From: Bdellovibrionales bacterium
GTDB lineage: Bacteria > Bdellovibrionota > Bdellovibrionia > Bdellovibrionales > UBA1609
Assembly (NCBI GenBank): GCA_965219095.1
Contig: CBDCMT010000001.1
Location: forward strand, 1,920,001 to 1,984,000
Reading direction: 5' to 3'
DNA: 64,000 bases
Positions within the stretch are counted from its first letter, which is position 1; every line of letters begins with the position of its first letter. This document shows positions 19,915-30,669 of the stretch, one piece after another. The notes beneath the pieces are model-generated. The model was not told where the DNA came from and searched no databases. It saw only the letters and a list, made by a program, of their open reading frames with translations. A program made the translations under genes and the position numbers.

Positions 19915-22900
19915 ATGAAAATTGCAAGTTATTCTTATAGAAGACTTACAGGTTTTACAATGAGAGCTTTTTTTTCATATTTCATCTTATTAAAATGTTT
20001 GCTTTTTACAGCTTTTTTCACACTAGATCCTTATCTGTCTTATGGAGAAGAGAAAAAAGAATTTACTTCTAATAAGGAAGAGAAAAAAGAACTTACTTAC
20101 GATGAAATCCAGAAACAATTAGAAGAGGAAATGGAGAAAAATCTACCGAAGGATCAAAAAAACCTCCCTCCTCAATGGAATAGAGAATTTGTAAAGAAAG
20201 TTCTCAAAAACACTGTGAAACGTTTTGGAAGAGACACTCTTCTTTTCTATTTGGCAGGAAATGTTTTAGAGGCTGTTAAGTACTCTACGCCACCTTTACG
20301 ACACTTATCGAATCCTGGTTATGTTTCTTCTCAGTGGGATCAACTTTTTACTGTTGAAGGAAATCTTCATTTTTTCACTTTTATTGGAATCAATGCTCTC
20401 TTATCAGAAATCTATAGCAAAAACCCCCTTGTGTTGCGAAATCAACTTATGTTAGCTCAAATGTTAGGGAACAAAAGACAAGCCTTCAAGTTGCAGTATG
20501 GAGCTATGGGACAGGGTTATGTTTTTATGGCCATAGCAGCTCTAGGAGGAGAGCTAGCAACTTTAGGTTATGAAGGAATTTCTAATTGCTCCCTATCTCA
20601 TTTATGGGTCAGTGCTTATGATTCTGTAAAGAGAAGAAGAAGTGGCGTTCAAGTTCTCATCCCTTCTCAGAGGGAAGAACGTTCCATGCACTGCAAAAAC
20701 TTTAAAAAACATTTTGGAAAAACGATTACTAATGTTGTGTACTCGAGTGTACCAACTTTGATCTCAGCAGCCATGCTCTCAAGCACTGCTCAAGGACTTT
20801 TTGTAACCTCCATGAGAGTAGCAAGCCATAAAATTGCTAAAAAACTACCTCTTAAACGTTCTTTCAAACCTCTTAAGTCTTTTATGAGATTCTTTCGTGT
20901 TTCTAATGATTCACCAAAACTTCAAAATATTGCAAAATACTTCAACAATTTCAAAACTATGATGAAGCTAGGACTTCACTTTACGATCTTTTTAGCAGCT
21001 ATGGAGATCATGCAAGATGTTATGGGAGATCCTTTAAGTAGTCAGTTAGAAAGCTGGTATTATGATCGAGCCAAACAAAAATTAAAAGAAAGCTCTTATG
21101 AAGAAAAACCTCAGGCTATAAAAGAGTTTTCAGAGGCCTCAGGAACTTGGGTCGATCATATAACTGCTATGTTGTATATAAGAAGAGCAGAATGGGAAAA
21201 AGATCTCGTTTGGTCTATGGATAGAGCTCAGTTTACTAAAAACGCCTATAAAGAAATTATCATTAAAATACGAGAGGATCGATTAAGAGAATCTGAAGTA
21301 AGGTATCAAGATATGGATATGGTGCCTAAAAAAATGGTTGATTTTCCACTAGAACTTCTGAGGGTAGACAGAGGAGAAATAGGTAATTCTTGCTCTGTAA
21401 GAGAAACAAGTGAGGGCTCTACAGACCTTTCTTTTGAAATGACAATACAAGAAGCAAAAAAACTTTTTCCCATAGCCACTAGAATGAAAGAGCAGTTTTT
21501 TGAAAAGAAGGTAGGGATTTCATGTGTAAATAAGGAGCCTTTTTCTAAAATACGAATAGACATCTCTTATCCTCATATTTACGAAACTGAGTGCCGTATT
21601 AAAATAGCAAGAAAGTATTTAAAGGCTAATGAATGTCGTTGGAGAAATAAACAAACCCCTTTTAAGACTCATCAAAAAAATCTTTTTATAAGAACCTTTC
21701 CTGAATCTCGAAAACTTCCTCAAAAACAACTTGTAAAAATAAAGGAAATTGAAAGTTTAGAAAAATACCTTTCTTCTGAAAGCAAAGAGGATTGGCTTTT
21801 AGCTTTTGAGACCTTAGAAAAAATTCAAAATCGAGAAGCTCTTTTCCAAGCTTGTCAAAAAGAGGATTTTTTCTCAGAGCATTGCCTATTTTATGAACTC
21901 TATGAAATCTTAGATTATCCTATTGTTCAGTCAAGGATGAAATTTTCATTTCAAAAAATTGATGAAAGTATCTTTCAAAAGTTTCTTGTAACATCAAATG
22001 GTTTTGGACAGTCTTTTTCCACCTACTTTACCTCTCATCCTGCAGAGCAAACTTTACAATACATGCATGATGATTATTATCGAAAAATGAAAGATTGGCA
22101 TCCTATAGACAAAAGTAAGGACTCTTTTGAACTTTTATCCGATTTATCAGAAAATTTAGATGGTTCTGGTTTGTTTAAGCTTACAGGAATTGAATCCATG
22201 AGGGATTCTATAAAAGGTTTTAATATGGATCAATTTGAAACAGACTTTTTCTCAGAAAAAGCTTTCTTTAGTATGCTCTGCGGAGTCAAACCTAAAGATT
22301 CTCTCATGGATACAACTTCTATAAGAAAAGAATTTCTGCCCCCTAAGATTGTTGAGGGAGGAAAGCTTTTCTGCGAAGGATTGAAAAGATCGATTATATC
22401 TATGAAATTAAACCACAAAAAATATGACTTCAACGAACTTTCTCAAAAACTTCTCTATGAAGGTCTTGATAGGCTAAAGCCTTTTGTTGCAAAACTAGAG
22501 TCAGGCTTTATAGAGAGCTGTGATTTTATTAACCCAGATCCAGGTCATTTTGGTAATACCAATGATTATGTTGAAAAGCGATTTAATTGTTGGTGGCAAA
22601 AGCATGTTTCAGAAGTAGCTTTTAGGCCTTTTTTTGAGACTCATTTTGATGACTACCAAAATTTCTTAAATGAAATGGTCATTCCTCATCTTTTTGGACA
22701 AAGCAAAGATAATCTAAGTCTTTTTGAGTACGAAAATAAAGACGAGAGACAAATTCCTTTTGAGGATCATACTCTTTCTCGTTATAAGAAAACAACGGCA
22801 GCTCTCTCTTACATGGTAGAAATAGATGCCTACATGGAATATGTACTAAAACCTCTTTACAAAAAAATCAATGAAAAAGAGGATGGAGATCAGTGCTTCA

Positions 22901-23358
22901 TGGAATTTGAAAGAAACATTAACTCTTCCATAAGAGATTTTGTGTTCTATGTAGAAAAGGGCTACTCTCAACAAGAAGATTACTCCCACTTTTCATCAGA
23001 TTCTTTTCAAGGAGGTGTTATTTTTAAAAATTATGTTTGTAGCTTTGTAGAAAAACGAGAACACCTACCAAGCCATTTTGAGAGCAAGGATTACATCTTA
23101 TGGATTACTTTGAGTAATATAAATAAGGGTTTTCAAAATTATTTTTCATCTTCTTCCCCTAAAGATGAGGGTGAGGCAAATTGCAGAATAAGTCAAAACC
23201 TAGAAGAGAAGGATGAAAAGCTTGTAAGACTAGTACTCGATAGAATCTCTCATACTATATTACAAACTTTTTCCGATTATAGTAGTTACCTGTCTTTTGA
23301 TTCTTTCAGGTCTTTTAATTCTTTTATAAGAACTCACTACTGTAAAGAAGTCAAATGA
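19915..23358 (+). CDS. Large hypothetical exported/membrane protein (start possibly 19960)
   Basis: 1147-aa ORF; signal-like N-terminus and several hydrophobic helices in the first 370 aa; no motif recognised. Confidence 0.75.
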   Translation: MKIASYSYRRLTGFTMRAFFSYFILLKCLLFTAFFTLDPYLSYGEEKKEFTSNKEEKKELTYDEIQKQLEEEMEKNLPKDQKNLPPQWNREFVKKVLKNTVKRFGRDTLLFYLAGNVLEAVKYSTPPLRHLSNPGYVSSQWDQLFTVEGNLHFFTFIGINALLSEIYSKNPLVLRNQLMLAQMLGNKRQAFKLQYGAMGQGYVFMAIAALGGELATLGYEGISNCSLSHLWVSAYDSVKRRRSGVQVLIPSQREERSMHCKNFKKHFGKTITNVVYSSVPTLISAAMLSSTAQGLFVTSMRVASHKIAKKLPLKRSFKPLKSFMRFFRVSNDSPKLQNIAKYFNNFKTMMKLGLHFTIFLAAMEIMQDVMGDPLSSQLESWYYDRAKQKLKESSYEEKPQAIKEFSEASGTWVDHITAMLYIRRAEWEKDLVWSMDRAQFTKNAYKEIIIKIREDRLRESEVRYQDMDMVPKKMVDFPLELLRVDRGEIGNSCSVRETSEGSTDLSFEMTIQEAKKLFPIATRMKEQFFEKKVGISCVNKEPFSKIRIDISYPHIYETECRIKIARKYLKANECRWRNKQTPFKTHQKNLFIRTFPESRKLPQKQLVKIKEIESLEKYLSSESKEDWLLAFETLEKIQNREALFQACQKEDFFSEHCLFYELYEILDYPIVQSRMKFSFQKIDESIFQKFLVTSNGFGQSFSTYFTSHPAEQTLQYMHDDYYRKMKDWHPIDKSKDSFELLSDLSENLDGSGLFKLTGIESMRDSIKGFNMDQFETDFFSEKAFFSMLCGVKPKDSLMDTTSIRKEFLPPKIVEGGKLFCEGLKRSIISMKLNHKKYDFNELSQKLLYEGLDRLKPFVAKLESGFIESCDFINPDPGHFGNTNDYVEKRFNCWWQKHVSEVAFRPFFETHFDDYQNFLNEMVIPHLFGQSKDNLSLFEYENKDERQIPFEDHTLSRYKKTTAALSYMVEIDAYMEYVLKPLYKKINEKEDGDQCFMEFERNINSSIRDFVFYVEKGYSQQEDYSHFSSDSFQGGVIFKNYVCSFVEKREHLPSHFESKDYILWITLSNINKGFQNYFSSSSPKDEGEANCRISQNLEEKDEKLVRLVLDRISHTILQTFSDYSSYLSFDSFRSFNSFIRTHYCKEVK

Positions 23359-23559
23359 AAAAAATCAGTTACACAATTTAATTTACAGGCTCTTGTCTAG
23401 CTTATATTTGAGAAGAACTTTTATACTTTAAAAATTTAAAATAACCAGAAACACTGACTTGAACAAGCTTACAAGCCTTTTTAAATGACAAGTTTTCAGG
23501 TTTGTGTTGAAAAATATGATGAAATTTTATTTTAGTGTTTTTTTTGAAAAATAAGAATC

Positions 23560-23790
23560 AAGGGTTTTTAACATGTCAATGATAAGATCACGCTCTTCTA
23601 GTTCTTTTTTAACCTCTTATTCTCTTTCTGAAGCTTGACAAGATCTGGGTTTGAGCAAGAACCTCCTTGAACTTTAGTTTTCCACCCATTCAAGCTAGAA
23701 GGAGGAATGTTTAACTTTTTTGATGTCTCAGAAAGTCCTATCTTCTGTGCTAAATCTAGAGCATTTTTTTTAAATTCCTGAGTATACTTA
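23560..23790 (-). pseudogene. IS3-family orfA remnant
   Basis: KYTQEFKKNALDLAQKIG...LNGW...ENKRLKKEL...LK, similar to 58758-59063. Confidence 0.7.
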
Positions 23791-23978
23791 TTCTTAATTA
23801 CTTCAAGGCTAAAAAAGTCTTCTCCTCAGGGATTGTAGAGGGTTTAAACAACAAAGTAAAACTCACTATGAGAAAATCTTACGGTTTTAGAACCTCTAAA
23901 GCTATAAAAATCGCCTTATATCATAACCTTGGAAAACTGCCAGAACCTCCGGGAACCCACAGATTCTTTTGAGGAGGT
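23785..23978 (+). repeat. ISL3 3' fragment with IRR
   Basis: Near-identical to about 34826-35019. Confidence 0.95.
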
Positions 23979-24260
23979 TTCTTTTCTTATTTGTTTTCAG
24001 TAGTTTGTTGCATGTTTTGATCCTCCTATCTTTGTTATAGTAATCTTTTTTATATTTGTTATTCCTTTAGGAAGTCTTTGTTTTATCACATTATATCTAA
24101 AACTAACACATTGCATATACGTTAATTTTGACTCCACTTTTTCAGTGCAGTCCAGACTGACTGGTCATCCATATGAGGAAAAACAGATTACAAGAGCTTT
24201 CGAAAATGTAATGGCACACAAGACATGCATTCTATTTACCGGAATGTGCTACTTAAAGCG

Positions 24261-24330
24261 TATGCGGTGAATAACACTTCTATTCACCGCATATTATGCA
24301 GTGATTTATCTTGACTTTGCGGTGAATAAC
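24261..24330. promoter_or_regulatory. Operator-like inverted repeat upstream of fic
   Basis: TATGCGGTGAATA-7-TATTCACCGCATA plus a third half-site at 24318 following TTGACT. Confidence 0.6.
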
Positions 24331-24477
24331 TCTTATATCTTAAAGTAAGGCGTAGGATAGTTTTTTGAATAAATCATCTTGAATAATTTTTATTTCGATT
24401 TGAGAATTTTTTGTTTTCTTCATTTCGAAATAAACGATAATTAAGAGGTTAGTTCAATAAAGCTGTTGGTGATTAAT

Positions 24478-25587
24478 ATGTGGATATACGAGCATCAAGA
24501 CTGGCCAAACTTTATATGGGATACGGAAGCTCTCACTTTTAAGCTGTCTGATATTCGTTATCGTCAAGGCGTTTTGCTTGGTAGAATGGAAAGTCTAGGC
24601 TTTCAATTAAAGCGTGAAGCTAGTCTTAGTATCCTGACAAGTGATGTGGTGAAATCCTCAGCTATTGAGGGAGAAAACCTTAATTCAGAGGAAGTACGTT
24701 CATCCATTGCTCGCCGATTAGGCATTGAAATAGCTGGACTTATACCAACTAGCCGTGATGTTGAGGGTGTTGTTGAGATGATGCTTGATGCTTCCCAGCA
24801 CTTCTCAAAGCCTTTGACAAAAGATCGTCTTTTTAACTGGCATGCAGCACTGTTTCCAACAGGAAGAAGTAATATGCACCAGATTACAGTTGGTGGTTGG
24901 CGTACCCTTGATGCAGGACCAATGCAGGTGGTATCAGGTCCTATAGGGAGTAAGAAGATTCACTTTGAAGCACCCAGTGCTGATAAGCTGGAAAATGAAA
25001 TGCAGACCTTTTTGGCATGGTTTGATAATGGTGGTGGTATTGATCCAGTTCTGAAAGCCGGTATTTCTCATCTCTGGTTTGTAACAATTCACCCGTTTGA
25101 AGATGGAAATGGTCGTATTGCCAGAGCGATTGGTGATATGGTGCTTGCACGTGCTGACGGCACACAAGATCGTTTCTATAGTTTATCTACCCAAATTGAA
25201 TCTGAACGCAAAGATTATTACGATCAACTAGAAAAACAGCAAAGTAGTTCACTGGAAATTACTTGCTGGTTAGAGTGGTTTTTGGATTGTTTGGGACGCA
25301 CTTTTTCGAGTACGGAGACAAGGCTTAGTAAAGTTTTCTTCAAGGCACAGCTTTGGGATAAGATCAACAAGAAGCCTGTTAATGATCGGCAAAGCTTTAT
25401 TATCAACCGGATGCTGGAAGATGATTTTAAAGGACATATGAATACATCTAAATATGCTAAGCTGGCAAAATGCTCGAACGATACAGCATTGCGCGATATA
25501 CAAGACTTAAAAAAGCGAGATATCTTGATTCAAAACCCCTCTGCTGGACGTAGCACAAGTTATAGGCTGACTGATAAGGTTAAATAG
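24478..25587 (+). CDS. Fic-family protein (DUF4172-Fic-HTH)
   Basis: Canonical HPFEDGNGRIAR; MWIYEHQDWPNF N-terminus; SSAIEGE; C-terminal DTALRDI...GRSTSY. Confidence 0.93.
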   Translation: MWIYEHQDWPNFIWDTEALTFKLSDIRYRQGVLLGRMESLGFQLKREASLSILTSDVVKSSAIEGENLNSEEVRSSIARRLGIEIAGLIPTSRDVEGVVEMMLDASQHFSKPLTKDRLFNWHAALFPTGRSNMHQITVGGWRTLDAGPMQVVSGPIGSKKIHFEAPSADKLENEMQTFLAWFDNGGGIDPVLKAGISHLWFVTIHPFEDGNGRIARAIGDMVLARADGTQDRFYSLSTQIESERKDYYDQLEKQQSSSLEITCWLEWFLDCLGRTFSSTETRLSKVFFKAQLWDKINKKPVNDRQSFIINRMLEDDFKGHMNTSKYAKLAKCSNDTALRDIQDLKKRDILIQNPSAGRSTSYRLTDKVK

Positions 25588-25849
25588 TCGTTGCTTTCCA
25601 TGAATGTAAAATGATTTGAGATCGGTATTTACGAAAATCAGTTACATAATTTAATTTACAGGCTCGTTTACAGGCTCGTTTACAGACTTCACAATTTAGC
25701 TTACAGACCACCCAGCTTTCTCTCAAAATTTATTTTAATGTAAACCTTTTTTTGGAATCTTTTTTTTGTTTTAAATCCATTTCATTATTAGTTGAAAAAA
25801 ATAAAAAAAATGATGAAACCATCTTTCAAAAAAGAAACTTAAAGTGTTT

Positions 25850-27184
25850 TTAAACAGTTTTACCTACAAGATCATAATCATGTGCATGGGTGATTTGAAC
25901 ATTCACAATCTCCCCTTTAAGAGCAAAGCCTTCATTGATGTAGGTGAGTCCATCAATGTCAGGAGCTTGTTGAGAATGTCGTGCTTGAAGAAGCCAAGGA
26001 GTTTGTTCACTAACACCTTCAACTAAGACAGAAAGGGTTTTTCCTATTCTTCCTAGACATTTTTTAGAAGATATCTTTCTTTGAAGGTCCATAAGAGTTT
26101 CGTAGCGGTATTTTTTCACTTCTTCATTTATGAGGCCTGTCATACGAGAAGAAGGAGTTCCTTCTTCATGAGAATAAGTAAAACAACCTACATGATCAAA
26201 TTGAAACTCTTCTATAAATTCAAGTAGTTCTTGAAACTGATCCTCTGTTTCTCCAGGAAATCCCACAATAAATTGTGTACGTAAAACAGCTTCGGGAATA
26301 ATTTTTCTTATTTTTTTTAAATTGTGCTTAATGTTTTCTTTTGTCATACGTCGGTTCATTTTTTTTAGAAGTTTGTTGTTAATATGCTGTAAAGGCATAT
26401 CAAAATATTTTACTAGATTTTCTTTTTCTTTATAGAGGTGTAGAATTTCATCTGTGATACCATCAGGGTAAAAATAAAGAACACGAATCCAAGAGGCATT
26501 GCTGTTTTCAGATAAAGCTTTTAAGAGTGTGTAAGGGCTTTCTTTTGCTTTAGGATCACTTCTTCTTAAGTCCCAGCCATAATCTGTAAAATCATGAGAT
26601 ATAACAATAAGCTCTTTAACGCCTTGTGAAGTTAGAGTTTGAGCTTCCTCTGTAACATCGCTCAAGCTTCGTGATTGAAGATTCCCTCTAATAAGAGGGA
26701 TAGCACAAAAGGAACATCTTTTTTTACAACCCTCAGATATCTTTAAATAAGCTCTATGAGAGAGTTGAGAGTTGACACGTTTATCTTTTTTTGTTTGAAG
26801 ATGGGTAGGCAAGTGATAGAAAGTTCTTTTCTTACTTTTCAAGATTTTAGAGATATCTTGAAAGAGACCGGATCCTATAAAAACATCAACTTCTGGAAGC
26901 TCTTTTGCAAGTTCATCTTTATATCTTTGGACAAGACAGCCTGTAACAACAAGTTTCTGAAGGTATCCGTTATTCTTAAAACGACTCATTTGCAGTATGT
27001 TGGAAAGGGATTCTTCTTTAGCACTTTGAATGAAACCACAAGTATTGATTACAATAACGTGAGCTTTTTGGGGCTTCTCTGTTATTGTATACCCTTCTTT
27101 TTTGAGAGAAGCTAACATGATTTCTGAATCAACAAGATTCTTAGGACATCCTAGACTAATAAAATGTACGTTGGTATTTGTCAT
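25850..27184 (-). CDS. rimO: Ribosomal protein S12 methylthiotransferase
   Basis: SLGCPKNLVDSE, radical-SAM CKKRCSFC, IVGFPGET, APDIDG. Confidence 0.93.
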   Translation of the reverse strand: MTNTNVHFISLGCPKNLVDSEIMLASLKKEGYTITEKPQKAHVIVINTCGFIQSAKEESLSNILQMSRFKNNGYLQKLVVTGCLVQRYKDELAKELPEVDVFIGSGLFQDISKILKSKKRTFYHLPTHLQTKKDKRVNSQLSHRAYLKISEGCKKRCSFCAIPLIRGNLQSRSLSDVTEEAQTLTSQGVKELIVISHDFTDYGWDLRRSDPKAKESPYTLLKALSENSNASWIRVLYFYPDGITDEILHLYKEKENLVKYFDMPLQHINNKLLKKMNRRMTKENIKHNLKKIRKIIPEAVLRTQFIVGFPGETEDQFQELLEFIEEFQFDHVGCFTYSHEEGTPSSRMTGLINEEVKKYRYETLMDLQRKISSKKCLGRIGKTLSVLVEGVSEQTPWLLQARHSQQAPDIDGLTYINEGFALKGEIVNVQITHAHDYDLVGKTV

Positions 27185-27894
27185 AATGAGTCGACCACAG
27201 AATTTTTAGGAAGAGAGAAGATTTTATCTGTTAAAGGAGTTTTTAAGATTTTTAATTTTGAAAAATTTATGGTGCTTTTGTTATCAATAGAGTCTTTCCA
27301 AGATATACGGGTTATAAAAAGAGGTTTTTTCTTCCCAATTTCGATTTCAATATTTTTAAAAGTATGGTCTATTGATTTTATTTGCAAAATCCATCCTTTT
27401 GTCGTTGATTTTAGGGATGTGACCTTGAGGTGTTGTTTAAGATCGTTTTTAGAAAAAAGTGTATTCAAAAAGTGATCCTTTTTTTTATTTCTCTTAAAAC
27501 GGTAAATCTTCCATTGAGAGTTAGATTTTGTTTTTTTTCCAATAAAGATGTGCTTGTTTCTTAAAATGAAAAGATCTTTTTGAGAGCTGTCTTGGTTATG
27601 AGTTTTCAGAGAAACAGAGCCCTTTGAAATATGAAACACTCCTTTAACCTTTTTTGTTTCTTCTAAAAGCTCTAATTGAATTGTTTTTACCACTTCAGCT
27701 TTAAGAGAGGGGTGTTTCCAGTAATTTTCCATGACCCTTTGAAAGAGTTTTTGAGGGTTTATCTTAAAAGACTCTTTAGCTTCTAGTAAAAAAGAAGAAA
27801 GGATGATAAGAAGGATAGCTAGAAAATGGTACCTCATAAGTCTAGATACTTTATCATCTTTTCTGCTTTTTTTCAAAAGATGAGCCTTTCTCAA
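27181..27894 (-). CDS. LolA-like lipoprotein carrier (start probably near 27837)
   Basis: Signal peptide, beta-rich, ends IFSLPKNSVV; coupled to rimO. Confidence 0.6.
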   Translation of the reverse strand: MRKAHLLKKSRKDDKVSRLMRYHFLAILLIILSSFLLEAKESFKINPQKLFQRVMENYWKHPSLKAEVVKTIQLELLEETKKVKGVFHISKGSVSLKTHNQDSSQKDLFILRNKHIFIGKKTKSNSQWKIYRFKRNKKKDHFLNTLFSKNDLKQHLKVTSLKSTTKGWILQIKSIDHTFKNIEIEIGKKKPLFITRISWKDSIDNKSTINFSKLKILKTPLTDKIFSLPKNSVVDSL

Positions 27895-27965
27895 AATGAG
27901 GGCGGTTTAAAAACTGAGTTACAAGTATTTTTCTCCAATTTTAATACTTTTTGAAAAGTCTGTGC

Positions 27966-28562
27966 TTATGCAAAAGGGGGATCAATGTAGATAAGTTTTA
28001 CTTCACCTTGAGTTTCAATTTCATCTCTAAGGGGACTATTTTTTAATGAGGATAAGATTAATTTGTTATCTCCCCAAATAAGTTTATTAGTCCAACCTTT
28101 AAGTTGGCGACCAGTTTCAGGATCAAAAAGGCTTCCTTGTATATTTTTATCTTTTTCCGAACGAGGCTCATCTACATGTTCAATGATTTGAAAGCAAAAG
28201 AGCTATATTACAAGGGTGGATTCTAGGATCAAGTGCGACACCTCCTAAAAAGTCCTTTAAAAGCAACTCTTTGGGAGTTTTAAATCCAAGAACCTTTCTA
28301 GGGGTATTGTTGAGTTTTTTGCTTATTTTGTCAATTTCTTCCTTTCTTTTGTTCATTTTCTTATGGAATAATCATAAAGTTAGAGAAGATTGTCGCACTT
28401 GATCCTAGAATGTCCACAAGTTTGATTGGTTTTGTCATTCCGAACAAGATCAACCTCTCCTTTTGTTTTCAAACAATAAAAAGCAGCAGTAGTCTGGGAG
28501 GGATTTTTTGCATCTAAAAGTTTAGTAATATCTCTAATTTTGTGGTCTGAAAGCATCATCAA
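27966..28562 (-). pseudogene. N6-adenine DNA methyltransferase (Mod-like) pseudogene
   Basis: Reconstructed ...KTNQTCNIAL.FQIIEHVDEPR...GWTNKLIWGDNKLILSSLKN...LIYIDPPF then stop; frameshifts and an IS30 insertion. Confidence 0.8.
28215..28415 (-). mobile_element. 201-bp internally deleted IS30-family element
   Basis: 21-bp IR ATTCTAGGATCAAGTGCGACA; LNNTPRKVLGFKTP remnant; ACAAG direct repeats on both flanks. Confidence 0.85.
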
Positions 28563-28750
28563 CGCATCATGTCCATAGGCTAATAAACGGACTTTTTTAT
28601 AACCTGATTCAAATTAAAAAGGGAAAGGGGAAGTTATATAAATGGACGATGTGATATGCTAAAAACTTCTCCTGACTTCCGGTTCGGAATAGCATGCAAC
28701 ACACTTAGTAAAAATTCTATAACTATTTAAAATTACTTAAAAAATATATA

Positions 28751-28776
28751 TTGCGATATTCTAAAAAATATCGTAA
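28751..28776. promoter_or_regulatory. Operator-like palindrome before the nucleotidyltransferase pair
   Basis: TTGCGATATT-6-AATATCGTAA. Confidence 0.45.
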
Positions 28777-28784
28777 AATAAACT

Positions 28785-29317
28785 ATGGGAGAAAAACTTA
28801 CAAAGTTAAATATGATGGAGGCTTTGTAGGTGTTTTGATGAGCACTTAACTCAAACTGTAGAACTTCTTGTGGGAGGAGGAGCAGCCATGGTATGTGTTT
28901 ACGATTTTCCTCTACATACAACTGATATTGATGTGATTTTTAAAAATACAAGTATCGATAAAATCCAACCTGTTATTCGTCAAGTGGCTCAAGAGTTAGG
29001 TTTGCCAAAGGATTGGCTTAATACTTGGTACAGTTCTTTTACCTACACTTTGCCTGAAGATTTTCATAAATGCACTCGACTTTTTTTTTAACGGCTCTCA
29101 TCTTCTAGCCCATGCCTTAGGAGCAGAAGATCTTTTAGTTTTAAAATGTTGTGCTCATCGCATAAAAGATCTAGGTCACGCACGCTTTTTAATAAGAAAA
29201 AACGCAGACCACAAGCTTGTTATGAATCATTTAGAAAACTTCATAGAAAAGAACATCCTTCTTGATGAAAAGCCTTTGGAATTTTTAGAAGATATTTTAG
29301 AAAAAGAGGGTCTATGA
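28785..29317 (+). pseudogene. DUF6036-like nucleotidyltransferase pseudogene
   Basis: LLVGGGAAM...TTDID, WLN, EDLLVLK..AHRIKD; early stops and a frameshift in a T run. Confidence 0.75.
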
Positions 29318-29555
29318 AAGGACTTGTTTCTATACCTACTCATAAGAAATTACCTCTGTTTATTGTAAATTGCAGTTAGCAAAAAAAGTACAGTCTGATC
29401 AAAAAATAGCCCTTTATAGTCAATGGGTACGTCTTGATGCACGTTTGGGAGAGATTTTAGTCGCTTATATTGCAAAGTTTTGGAAAGCACATCATCCTAT
29501 TGTACTTAATAACCTGAATTCGTGCTTAAATTTATACACTACAAATTTTTTCTGA
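29314..29555 (+). pseudogene. Truncated partner gene of the nucleotidyltransferase
   Basis: ATGA overlap with the upstream stop; frameshifted; SQWVRLDARLGEILV. Confidence 0.5.
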
Positions 29556-29678
29556 AGGCTTCATTAGTAGCTCAATTTTGATCCTGTAAGAACCTGTAAA
29601 TTAAATTGTGTAACTGATTTTTTCACTTTAAATTCAGGCCCTAAAAATTACTTCCCTATTTTACAACTCATACTAATT

Positions 29679-29718
29679 TTTCTAGCTATTTTTCACCCAC
29701 AGATTCCCGGGAGGAGCC
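29679..29718 (-). repeat. Orphan ISL3 left end
   Basis: CACCCACAGATTCCCGGGAGGAGCC. Confidence 0.9.
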
Positions 29719-30019
29719 TTAAAAAGATATACCTATCAAAAAGAAAAAATTGATGACCAGATCTTTTTAAAGGCTTTTTTTGTTGAAAGCCTTTTTTGAA
29801 AACCACAGGCCAAAGTTTTTGACCTTTATGAGGCTTTTATAATATTTTTTCGCTTTGCATTAAGAAGTTCTTTTAAACTTTAAGAGATTAGGTCTTTTAT
29901 CCTATTTTAAATATAAGGGGGGTAAAAAAAGGGCTTAACAAGACCTAACATAAAGAAAGCATACAAACGGATTGACAAAAGAGGTTCTTTTGTGACATTT
30001 TTGAAGCCTAGGAGTTTTT

Positions 30020-30388
30020 ATGTACGCTGTTATCGAATCAGGAGGGAGGCAATACAAGGTGAAACCAGGAGACACTGCCTCTATAGAAAAAATTGATCAT
30101 AAAGTAGGAGAAAAAGTAAATTTTGATGTTTTAGTTTATAGTAATCAAAAAACTGTTATAGGAACACCTTATGTAAAGGAAGCAAAAGTTGTGGGTGTTG
30201 TAACTGCTCATAAAAAAGCTCCTAAAATTCTTGTGTTTAAGAAAAAAAGACGACAAGGTTATCGTCGCACACAAGGTCATAGACAAATGTATACAAAGCT
30301 TTTTATTGAATCCATTTCATCAGATAAAGGATCTGAGATTGCTGAGAAACATCCTGTTCTCAGTTATAAAACGACAAAAAGAGGTTAA
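30020..30388 (+). CDS. rplU: 50S ribosomal protein L21
   Basis: [14 protein letters not shown]...[16 protein letters not shown]. Confidence 0.97.
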   Translation: MYAVIESGGRQYKVKPGDTASIEKIDHKVGEKVNFDVLVYSNQKTVIGTPYVKEAKVVGVVTAHKKAPKILVFKKKRRQGYRRTQGHRQMYTKLFIESISSDKGSEIAEKHPVLSYKTTKRG

Positions 30389-30389
30389 G

Positions 30390-30662
30390 ATGGCATCGAA
30401 AAAGGCAGCAGGAAGTACTAAGAATGGAAGGGATACTAAAGGGCGAAGGCTTGGGGTTAAAAAATTTGGCGGAGAAAAAGTGATTCCAGGTAACATTATC
30501 GTCAGACAAAGGGGTACAAAATTTCACTTAGGGCGTAATGTAAAGATGGGAAAAGATCATACCATTTTTTCTGTTGTAGAAGGTTTTGTAAAATTTGAAC
30601 GTGTGAATAAAGAAAAAATCAAAATCAGTGTTGAATTAGAAACAAAACAAAAAAGCGCATAA
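30390..30662 (+). CDS. rpmA: 50S ribosomal protein L27
   Basis: [15 protein letters not shown]...RLGVK...RQRGT; true start at 30390 after GAGG. Confidence 0.97.
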   Translation: MASKKAAGSTKNGRDTKGRRLGVKKFGGEKVIPGNIIVRQRGTKFHLGRNVKMGKDHTIFSVVEGFVKFERVNKEKIKISVELETKQKSA

Positions 30663-30669
30663 ATTTTTT

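Noticed and set aside
30231..30389. Long N-terminal extension on L27
   Set aside because: Overlaps rplU in another frame; the canonical start is at 30390
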